Source: Octopus bimaculoides (Eukaryota). From it: a DNA stretch of 63,344 bases. Positions within the stretch are counted from its first letter, which is position 1. Every line of letters starts with the position of its first letter. Positions 52,545-63,344 of the stretch are shown here, piece after piece. Made by a program: the position numbers and the translations under genes. Under the pieces are notes generated by a model. It was not told where the DNA came from and did no database searches. It saw nothing but the letters and a program-made list of their open reading frames with translations. Where the stretch lies: NCBI RefSeq assembly GCF_001194135.2, contig NC_068982.1, forward strand, positions 110,735,023 through 110,798,366, given 5' to 3'.

Positions 52545-52600
52545 NNNNNNNNNNNNNNNNNNNNNNNNNNNNNNNNNNNNNNNNNNNNNNNNNNNNNNNN

Positions 52601-52635
<35 letters not shown>

Positions 52636-52903
52636 TTTGTATACACAGATGCAGTTGCATACACGCATACACGCATACACGCAACCATTTGCACAAACTC
52701 ACACGCACATAGATCCGTCTGCATGCATACGAATTCACGTACACACATACACAGAGCACACATGCACACGTATATACAAATGCTTGCTTGGCCATTTGTA
52801 GTACAACGTGTGTGCGTATATCTGTATGCATGTATGTGCATGGGTGTGCGTGTGTTGTATGCGTATTGGTGTTCGAATATCCGTGAGTTTGTCTATCTAT
52901 CTA

Positions 52904-52948
<45 letters not shown>

Positions 52949-52963
52949 ATGCCCGCCTGTCTG

Positions 52964-53031
<68 letters not shown>

Positions 53032-53478
53032 ACGATAACGTTTGAATGTATCTGTGCGCGCGCGCGAGTGAGTGTATAATAGACTTGCACATCAAAATAT
53101 TTCGTTAAAAAGTCTCCACAAATGGGAATGTAATCGAACAAACGATGAAATACATTTTACACGACTTATATGTATGCTTAAACTATCTCGGCTGGTATTT
53201 CCATTAATTAAAATTAATTCACAGTGCAGTGAAAACACATTCCAGGTTATTATTGTAGCGTTAGGAATGTCCTTAAATTGAAAGAACACATTAAATAATT
53301 AGAAGATACACTATGTCTAGTAAGAAGACTGGAAGATCAGCGTTAGAAAGCTGTTGGTCATACTGGTCATATATTTTTCTAATGAGACTTGACCTGAAGC
53401 TACACAGCAGCTGCAGGTAGTTTTAGTGTGCAAAATATGTGTGTATGTGTGTGTTTATGTGTGAGTGTGTATGTGTGA

Positions 53479-53531
<53 letters not shown>

Positions 53532-54123
53532 AAACAGACAAACAAACTGAAAAAGAGAAAGAGAGCGATAGAGTTTATAGAAAATGTATAACCTGTTTCA
53601 TTACCCTTGTACATTATTTGTCAAATTACTACAGACACACACGTACATGCACACAAACATACGCTTACATGTATAAATATGCGTATGTGTTTATATATAT
53701 GCATATATACATATGCATACACTAAGACAAATATAAAACTCTTGGGCTGTTATACCTGAGTATCTCTTCTCGGCTGTGTAACCCCAGACTTGTCTTGGAG
53801 CATAACTTGAAATATTCACTTATGTAGTGTTAATAAAATCATACGATTCTGCTCCGCATCGGATGTAATAATAATGACTATTTGTGTGTAAAATACGTTA
53901 TTTCGATTCGTAAATCACTCTTAACATAAATCGAAAGCTAATCTCATCTGACATTGTGAGAGTGCATTAAATGCAATTTGGTGGGGCCTATATTTGAGGC
54001 AGAAATTTTTAGAGGAATACATTATGCGTACAATAACGTCCTTTATCTCCTTAGTCCTCAAATTTTGTCCAGTCATAATAGTATTTTTTGCTAGAGTAAG
54101 CATATCCAATAAATGTTTATTCC

Positions 54124-54198
<75 letters not shown>

Positions 54199-54539
54199 GT
54201 TAGCTAGCTGCATGAATACATAAGTAAGCATTTTTTGAGGATAACTTTAATCCATCGATATTATACGGTTCATCATTAATCCACATATTCTCATAATTGT
54301 TGTTGTTGTTGTTATTATTATTATTATTATTATTGTTCAGTAGTTTTATTTTTATAACGTGCTTTCACTTCACTACCGAGCGCAGCTCTGTGTGCCTTGG
54401 GTATATGCTGTGGTTTGCTGTGATGCTCTTATGGTTACTGTATTGAAAGTGTTTTGCGTAGGATGTGTGNNNNNNNNNNGATGTGTGCAGTGCCCAGTAG
54501 TGCAATTTTCTGTATGTTATATATATATAAAAAAAAAAA

Positions 54540-54608
<69 letters not shown>

Positions 54609-54610
54609 TA

Positions 54611-54823
54611 AGGCAGCGAGCCGGCAGAATCGTTAGTGTACTGGACGAAATGCTTAACGGTATATCGCCCATCACTACCTTCTGGGTTCAAATTCCACCG
54701 CGGTCAACTTTGTCTTTCATCCTTTCGGGATCGATAAAATAAGTACCAGTTGAACACTGGGGTCGATTTAATCGACTCATCCCCACTCTCCAAAACGGCT
54801 GCCTTTGTAGCAACATTTGAAAC

Positions 54824-54878
<55 letters not shown>

Positions 54879-55080
54879 TGGGCGGCGATCTGGCATACCT
54901 GGCAAAGTGCTTGGCGGCATTTCGTTCACCTGTAGGTTCTGAATTGAAACTCAGCTGAGGTCAATTGTACCTTTCATCGTTTTGTGATCAATAAAATAAG
55001 TACTAGTCGAACACTGGGGTCGATGTAATCTACTATCCCCCTCCCCCCAAATTTCAGTCCTTGTACCTATAATAGAAAGC
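54611..55080 (+). mobile_element. Two head-to-tail S1 SINEs (54611-54826, 54880-55080) separated and flanked by (ATT)n
   Basis: Each has a GGC(A/G)GCGA.C.GGCA head, B box, TTTCATC..GATAAAATAAGTAC core and an (ATT)n tail. Confidence 0.85.
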
Positions 55081-55695
55081 ATTATTATTATTGTAACATG
55101 TTTATGTCAGAACCCTTTTATGGCATTTTTTTTTTTAGTTTACAAGTAAAAGACTTCCGAATTGTTTGAATGTCCACATCATTGCCTGACACATTTTTCA
55201 CCAACTATTTTCGGTAAATAGCCATTTCCACTGTTGTTTACATCGTAAGTTGGCCACTTCAGTAACAGAAAGACGAGGAGTGTGACAATGTTGACAACAT
55301 TATTCCGAATACGTAAATAAACCCGAAAATAGATTTTAGCAGATAGACATTATGAATCTTATACTACTGTTGCATTATAGGAAACGCAAACATATATGCA
55401 CAGGCACACGATAACACAGATCATCTTGCTAACAATAAACCTTTAGAAGTGTTTCAGATGAACCATGACTGGGACCACTGTCATGTAATATATCATAAGG
55501 ACCCAAAACATCATCGGTGTTTGGAATAACATGAATTTTTATAGATCCACGAGGCAAAATCATCCTAATAAGAAAATTCTGACTTACAGCGTTGCACAGT
55601 AGAGTTTAAAAATATATTGGTTCAATGGGAGAGTAGGGGTACTACTAGGCAAAATATTTCACACGCACGCACGCACACACACACACACACACACA

Positions 55696-55748
<53 letters not shown>

Positions 55749-55784
55749 AGACACACACACACACACACACACATACATGCATAC

Positions 55785-55819
<35 letters not shown>

Positions 55820-56689
55820 GAGAGAAAGAAGGGAAATGAGAGAAGTTTATAGATATGTGTGTAGGTATATATATATATATATGACTATAATAGCTGGTAC
55901 ATCCCATGTGGTTGTTAGAATTTTATGCTTATGATCATCAGAGTGGATATGAAGTGCATTCACATCAAATATGGCTCTTTATATTCAATATCACGATCGG
56001 TAAAATGAAATTCGATGTGCTTGTTGTTACAGTTATAAATATCACTCTCCCTTTGGTATTAATTGCTTTGGTATTTAGTGCTTTCATCATCCATATACAT
56101 ACATACTTACATACATGCACACACATATACACATACACACGCATATTATTTATCTGTGTGTGTGTTTGTGTGTGTGTATTTAAGAATACATTGTTTATGG
56201 GAGGTGTGGTGTGTAATAAATACTGTATTTCATATATTTTTATATTCGAACACCTTCCACTTTGAAAGTCCTCGTTGGAACGTACACAACCACTCCAGAC
56301 CATCTTCTACATTTCAAAGCTCTATGGTAGTTTTTTTTTCCTCCTGAAAGACGTTTAAATAACGCCTGCGAATAGATTTGAATATTATCTATAATCTTCA
56401 GCCAGCGCCCATTTGGCAGCAATGTTAAGTCTTCGTTGCTTTTGATCAAGTGTTTCGAGCGATACATGTTCAGTGTTTCCCAGATAAACTTTTGATGGAT
56501 TCCATAATTGGTTCTAATCATGTGAGAGAGCCAACGGATACTCTCGGTGACGATCCTTGTGAATGAGTTGCCTTCATCAAGAAGGTGAGCGCGTCATACT
56601 ACCACGCGTAGTACTTAATACCAAAGCACTTAATACCAAAGGAAGAGTGATTTTATAATAGTAGCTAAAACACTGAATTTTATTTTTCT

Positions 56690-57414
56690 GACCATGAAAT
56701 TGAATGGGAAGTGCCATATTGGATATTCACGTCAAACTGACAAAGAGATCAAGGCAAACCGTCTAGACATAATAATAAAAGACCGGAAAATAAACACATG
56801 TACACTGATAGACATCACAATCTGTTCTGGCGAAAATATTGCCCGAAAAAAAGTGGAAAAAAACCCATCAAAAATCAGGGACCTTGAAATTAAAATACTC
56901 AAGACGTGGAGCTGGACAGTGAAAACAAACTATACCAATAGTAACTGGAGCATTGGGTATAATTAAAAAGAATAGGAAATAAAGCATAAAAGCCATATCA
57001 GAGCTTACAACTCTACACATTGTTCAAAAGATAGTTCAGGTACGAACGTCCCATATCTTGCGGAAGACTGTCGATTCAATAGAATAGCTTAAATAGAACA
57101 ATCTTTACACACAATATACTCTATTTATTAAACACCTTATAATCTAAACCACACAACTCGCGCAAGGTATGCTCTCATATAGGCCCAATAAAATTACACA
57201 ACTCCCCTTACTCAATTCTGCACAACGGAACAAATACTAATACAGGAAACAATAAACTAAACACCACAACAAAACAAACTGATACAGTTCAGCAACAAGA
57301 GGAGTCTTTGCTCTCTCGACTCCATCAAAAATAAGAACACAATGCTGTACACACCTCAAGAACACGGAAGTACAACAGGTGGTGCCGCAGAAACTCGCAT
57401 AAGACTATCGGAGA

Positions 57415-57415
<1 letters not shown>
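56690..57415 (+). mobile_element. R4/Dong-type non-LTR retrotransposon 3' fragment (RLE domain + 3' UTR) ending at (AAT)n
   Basis: QTDKEIKANRLDIIIKDRKINTCTLIDITI...EK...RDLEIKILKTW.../IPIVTGALGII: restriction-like endonuclease motif, frameshifted. Confidence 0.75.
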
Positions 57416-57478
<63 letters not shown>

Positions 57479-57480
57479 GT

Positions 57481-57658
57481 AATCCTTTCTACTATAGGCA
57501 CAAGGCATGAAATTTTGTGGGATGGGGCCAGTCCATTACATTGACCCCAGTGCTCATTTGGTACTTATTTTATCAACCTCAAATGGATGAAAAGCGAAGT
57601 CAACCTCGGCGGAATTTGGTCTCAGAAACGTTTTAACGTTTCCACCAACGCGCTGTCT
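57481..57658 (-). mobile_element. S1 SINE, tail type alpha
   Basis: AATCCTTTCTACTATAGGCACAAGGC...GGTACTTATTTTATC...AACCTCGGCGGAATTTG on +. Confidence 0.8.
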
Positions 57659-57743
57659 TGACGACAACGACGACGACAACAACAACAATAACAACAACAA
57701 CAACAAAAACAACAACAACAACAGCAGCAGCAACAACAGCAGC

Positions 57744-57808
<65 letters not shown>

Positions 57809-57813
57809 CGACA

Positions 57814-57992
57814 GTAATAGTGATACCAATAGTACTTGGTGCACTTGGAATATCAGCACTCAAGTTCCAACTGCAAGGAATCTTCGCAGGGTTCTTGAAG
57901 CATGACCAGTAAACAAGTGTCACCTTAGTCTACTGGCTGCAGACAGCCGACACTTTCCATCATACCCAAAAAATAAGCTGTGAGGTTTCATA
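57814..57992 (+). mobile_element. Short R4/Dong-type 3' end fragment
   Basis: VIVIPIVLGALG... then ACTGCAAGGAATCTTCGCAGGGTTCTTGAA (TAR.LRRVLE-like C-terminus), short UTR, then (ATG)n(AAT)n. Confidence 0.6.
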
Positions 57993-57997
57993 TAATA

Positions 57998-58071
<74 letters not shown>

Positions 58072-58072
<1 letters not shown>

Positions 58073-59590
58073 GAGTCAATGTACAGACATCTGGAAAAAA
58101 TGGAGTCCCCACTGATCTTTGTACTGTACATGATACCACTAACACTGATTCTGAGGAAAGCAAAGGCTGGGTATATATTCAAGAGCCGCCAACAAAAGTC
58201 AACCACTTGTTATTCATGGATGACCTCAAACTTTATGGTAAAGATGAATCCCAAGTCAGTTCCCTCGCTCATACGGTGTATACTCTCAGTGCTGTTATCA
58301 GAATGGAGTTTGGATTGAAAAAGTGTGGTGTGTTAGTCTTGAAGAGAGGCAAAATCAAATGTATGGACGGACTAGCGATACCGTCGTGGGAGGTTATGAA
58401 GCAGATAGAAGAGACGGGTTATAAGCACTTGGGGATATTGAAAAAGGATAACTCGATGGAGAAAGAAATGACAGAAAATTTTAAGGTGGACTACTTGCGC
58501 AGACTGAGACTGATCCTTAAGTTAAAATTAAACGGACGGAATAAGATTGAAGCTATCAACACCTGGGCGGTTTCACTACTTAGAAATGGAGCAGGGGTAA
58601 TCGCTTGGACAATAGACGAACTAAAAAGCTTAGACAGAAAAGACAAGGAAGTTGCTGACTAGATATGGGATACTCCACCCAAAAAGTGATACAGACAGAC
58701 TATCTGTACCAAGAAAAAGCGGGTGGAAGAGGACTGATTGGATGCGAACACAGCATTAGAGCAGAAGAACGCAACATAGCATGGTAGGTAAAAAATGCCA
58801 CAGAACCACTATTATTGGAAGTAAGAAGGCCAGGCTTGTATAGGATGGAAGATTGAAAGATAAAGCACTGTACAAGGACTTGAGAATGAATGAAACTGAA
58901 AATAGGTGGATAAAGAAAAAGATGCATGGAAAACTTCATAGGGATGTTGAAGATAAGACAGACAGAGAAAAAAGATGAGTATGGATGACAAAAAGTGATT
59001 TAAAACCGGAAACGGGGGCTCTAATTTGTGCTGCTCAAGAGCAAGCATAAAGAACTAATTACATCAAATACGAAATAGACAACACATCAAAAAGTGATAA
59101 GTGCAGAATTTGCGGATAAAATAGTGAAACCGTATGGCATACTACCAGCCAATGTACGCCACTAGCCTAGAAAGAATATAAGAGATCATGACAATATAGC
59201 AAGGATTGTCCATTGAACACTTTGCCACAAGTATGGACTTGACAGAGCAAAAAAAGTGGTACGTACATAAACCTGAAGGCATCATCGAAAATAATAATGC
59301 AAAGACCCTATGGGATTTTATGATTCAGTGCGACCATGAGATAAAGAATAGGAAACTAGACATAGTGTTAATTGAGAAAGAAACGATGCTGGATCATAGA
59401 TATAGCATGCTCAGCTGACAACAAGGTATGTGATAACGAAGAAAGAAAAGTCAATAGATATGACAGGTTAGCTTGAGAGGTTTAGTAGTTATGGTCGATG
59501 AAAAGGTGGTAGTAGTACCAACAACTGTCGGAGCTGTGGGAACAGTGAGTTAAAACCTTGAGAAGTACATGGAACAAATAGGGGCTGCGA
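58072..59590 (+). mobile_element. R4/Dong-type LINE relic: RT C-terminal half, CCHC finger and RLE; multiple stops and frameshifts
   Basis: SPLIFVLYMIPL, NHLLFMDDLKLY (FMDD 58213-58224), MEFGLKKC, YKHLGI, LNGRNKIEAINTWAV, GGRGLI, KCRICG..ETVWH..SQC (from about 59100), HDNIARIVH, TLWDFMIQCDHEIKNRKLDIV. Starts immediately after (AAT)n. Confidence 0.88.
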
Positions 59591-59595
59591 CTTCA

Positions 59596-59715
59596 GTACT
59601 CCATTGGTACTTATTTTATCGACCCGAAAAGATGAAAAGCTAAATCGACATCTGCAAAATTTGAGCAGAGGACGTAGAAGTTTTGAACATTTTGTCCGAA
59701 GCTCTACTGATCGAG
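59596..59715 (-). mobile_element. Degenerate S1 SINE at the 3' break of the LINE relic
   Basis: GGTACTTATTTTATCGACCCGAAAAGATGAAAAGCTAAATCGAC on +. Confidence 0.7.
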
Positions 59716-59744
59716 CCTATCAAGTAAAAGTGAAATATCACAAA

Positions 59745-59796
<52 letters not shown>

Positions 59797-60175
59797 ATGC
59801 ACATGCGTACACGGCCAATCTACAAACATGCACAAATAAATCGGCATCATCACTATTATCAACCTTATCTATTTCTTTGCTTCATAAATTCAATGAAAAT
59901 TTCATAAAGACTCTCATTACCAACCGATGCATTGATCTTTAAATCTTGCTGATATGATAGATGAATTTTCTTAATTATCTTAAGTCAATTATTTTCATTA
60001 AAATAAATATATTTCTCAGCGAAATGTTGATAGACGTTAATAACAACACTGATTTATTAATAATTAACAATTAATTATTAATTATTAAAAAAATTCATCG
60101 TCTTAATATTAAAAGAAATTCAAAGAAGTCATTCTTCTTCTTCTTCTTCTTCTTCTTCTTCTTCTTCTTCTTCTT

Positions 60176-60206
<31 letters not shown>

Positions 60207-61158
60207 TAATGATGAACAAAAATGAAGAATTCACGCATATACACATTCCAGGACACACATTCCAGGACACACACACACGCACACACGCACACGCGCGCAT
60301 GCACGCACGCACGCATACATACATGCATACACATTTATAAACCCGTATATTCTCCCTTACAAGGACCATCTATTCACGCGTGCGCGTTCATGCTCATACA
60401 TATGTGCACGTCTATTAAAAGTTTCATATATNNNNNNNNNNNNNNNNNNNNNNNNNNNNNNNNNNNNNNNNNNNNNNNNNNNNNNNNNNNNNNNNNNNNN
60501 NNNNNNNNNNNNNNNNNNNNNNNNNNNNNNNNNNNNNNNNNNNNNNNNNNNNNNNNNNNNNNNNNNNNNNNNNNNNNNNNNNNNNNNNNNNNNNNNNNNN
60601 NNNNNNNNNNNNNNNNNNNNNNNNNNNNNNNNNNNNNNNNNNNNNNNNNNNNNNNNNNNNNNNNNNNNNNNNNNNNNNNNNNNNNNNNNNNNNNNNNNNN
60701 NNNNNNNNNNNNNNNNNNNNNNNNNNNNNNNNNNNNNNNNNNNNNNNNNNNNNNNNNTATATATATATATATATATCAGTAAACATGTTGTATGTAGGAT
60801 AGATTCTAAATCCTAAGTCAAAACAAACTCGGCATGAACCAAAGATGCATCACATCCCTTTTAAGGAGGGTTAGCGTCCCAATATTGGGAGAAGACAGAG
60901 GAGCCTACACGTTATATGGTTTGGCTCACCTTTCTCTCGCGACATTAAAATGAATATTTTTTTTTTAAAGAATCTCGATGAGGTTTTCTTCTCCATTATT
61001 ATTATTGTTGTTGTGGTTGTCGTTGCTATTATTATTGTTGTTCTTATTACTACTACAACTACTGTTATAGTGACATTTTAGATTGTTTTATTTGTTATTG
61101 TTTTTACTGATGCTGCTATTTTTACAACAACTGCTACTACTACTGATGATGATGATGA

Positions 61159-61205
<47 letters not shown>

Positions 61206-61479
61206 ATAATAATAATAATAATAAATATCATCATTATTAATATTAGTATTATTATCATTATTATCTTTATTATATGCTTGGATTAGGCATGACCTTGATG
61301 ACCCTCTTTTCTCCACCCCATCACACTCCATTCTCACGCTCTAGTACACTTTCATTTCCCCCTGCCTCTGTTCTACTTTCCTGCGATATTCTAACTATAC
61401 TTATTTGCATACTGGAGTATATAAGAGCCTGCATCTCTGTTCATGTATTTTTTTTGCCAATAATTCAGACGAAGTGAGC

Positions 61480-61938
61480 CGGTTGCATTTGAGACGGTCT
61501 TTTGGCTCACGAAATTTACGCTGACTAGCTTTCTGAAACACATGTACAATATAAAAAGAAAAGATATATACACATGCACATGAGCAGGATCTTCTCGGTT
61601 GAGTCACGGAAAATGTAGGGTTTTTGAAAACGGTCATAGCAGGTGACGAACCGTGGGCCAAGAGCTATGAACCCGAGATCAAGGCTAAATTTTCGCAGTG
61701 AAAGACCCTCCCATCAAGATTTCAAGACATGAAAGAAATCGAAGAGAATGCGAGAAGGCAGCTATTCGCTATCCCGCCAAAAGAGTTTCAGGAATCCTTC
61801 CATCAATGGAAACGACGCTGGATAAAGTGTGTGACTTCAGTAGGGGATTACTTCGAAGGAGATTAAATGCCGAATTGATACGTGTTGAAGTCTTCCTTTT
61901 ATGGCATCAGTCCCGATACTGTTTGATCAGACCTCATA
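61480..61938 (+). mobile_element. Internally deleted mariner relic with right TIR
   Basis: FLKTVIAGDEPWAKSYEPEIKAKFSQ* joined to RFQDMKEIEENARRQLFAIPPKEFQESFHQWKRRWIKCVTSVGDYFEGD* (stop 61864-61866). Right end AGTCCCGATACTGTTTGATCAGACCTCA then TA. No left TIR found. Confidence 0.85.
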
Positions 61939-62557
61939 TATATATTTTCATACATTTACATACACGCACACATACACTCACTCACACACACATGCACATA
62001 CACACATACACACACTCACCCCTCCATACCCCTCACCCCCACTCTCTCTCTCACACATATTTGCAGACAAATACAAGTATATCAAATACCTTACAACATA
62101 AATCCCAGATTTATGAAAATTATCTCCCATTCAGGAGGATGGGTCATAATTACCAAACGGCAATTAAGACCAACTCCATATAAGAAAGGGAGATAATCTC
62201 AAGAATCGGGGATCCCCAAAGTTGCTAAGCCATTAAAGAAAAGGATAGATTTAATGTCTGGAGATAGGACAGCTGCGGACAAGTGTTTCTGGCTCAACAG
62301 CTGTCGTCAGCACGAATGGTCAAACCTTATTTCGAGCAGACAAGGAAGCTACACTCATACAGAAAGGAGTAGACCACATTTATGTCCTAGGTGATTTGCA
62401 TCATTTAAACAAAAATGAGCTAAGAGAAATAATTCAGTGTCGCCGGTAACGTGTATATAAATAATGCAGTTAAATAACATAGACAAATAGTTATATCATA
62501 TAGCATACAACATAAATTCTTGATTTATTAAAATTATCGTTGCATGTAGATGATGTG

Positions 62558-62596
<39 letters not shown>

Positions 62597-63344
62597 TGAG
62601 AAAGTTGGTATGTGAAAGCAAGTGGTTGGATGTATAAAAGATAATAAGAGTGAAAAAACTACAGAAGGCTTGTGTTACATGGTTAAAGTATATATTTAAA
62701 TTATGTCAGAAAATACCACATTTTTTCACTCTTATTATCTTTTATATATANNNNNNNNNNNNNNNNNNNNNNNNNNNNNNNNNNNNNNNNNNNNNNNNNN
62801 NNNNNNNNNNNNNNNNNNNNNNNNNNNNNNNNNNNNNNNNNNNNNNNNNNNNNNNNNNNNNNNNNNNNNNNNNNNNNNNNNNNNNNNNNNNNNNNNNNAT
62901 GTATATATGTGTGTATTTATACTTGTAGAAACATATAGTGCATATCTTTATGTTTAAGCACCACTTTACATCCGTTTTGTTTGCTGATATAAATATGAAA
63001 AACCTCTATCTACATGCATATGTGTGTGAGCATGAGAGAGCATGGGTGTGTAGCTATATGTGAGAATATACGTGTGCGGATTTATAAATGAGCGGCATAT
63101 CTATGTGTGTGTAATGTATGTGTTTGTTTCAGTACGAGAATTTAGACGTGTGACTATATAAATATGCGTGTGTAACGTTCGGAAAATAATATAATGGGCA
63201 AAGTGATTAATTTTATCAGATTAATTGCATATTTCACCTCGGGGTAGAAATGTATGAGTGTGTGTACACATACATACATACATAAATACATACATACATA
63301 CATACATACATACATACATACATACGTATATATATATATATATA

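Noticed and set aside
54541-55090. S1 SINE mobilised by the R4/Dong LINE
   Set aside because: S1 tails are (ATT)n on the element strand whereas the R4-type fragments end in (AAT)n, and I saw no shared 3' sequence.

Overview
AT-rich, repeat-saturated metazoan genomic DNA with dense (TA)n/(CA)n/(GA)n/(AAT)n microsatellites and many N gaps sitting in them. The repeat landscape (several tRNA-derived SINE families, R4/Dong-type LINE relics) looks like an octopus short-read assembly; this is inference from pattern recognition, not from a search. No host protein-coding gene can be supported, and nearly all long ORFs in the track are microsatellite or N-run artefacts. Supported features: a near-intact Tc1 (DD34E) transposon with 41-bp TIRs and one frameshift (3310-4581); an internally deleted mariner relic (~61.5-61.9 kb); three R4/Dong-type (RT + CCHC + RLE) LINE fragments at AAT microsatellites (56.7-59.6 kb); and many SINEs. 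The main finding is two families of short, microsatellite-anchored, non-coding repeats (7 copies). Each carries all or part of a minimal type-I hammerhead-ribozyme fold of the kind known from Penelope-like elements: stem I, CUG(A/U)NGA plus an extra A, stem II, GAA, a palindromic ACGU stem III, then H17. Family A copies occur twice as divergent inverted pairs around (ATT)n/(AAT)n. All three family B copies carry the same non-canonical U6 core. Close to the last B copy are a 177-bp near-perfect palindrome and an exact 67-bp local duplication. Ribozyme activity is predicted from the fold, not shown.
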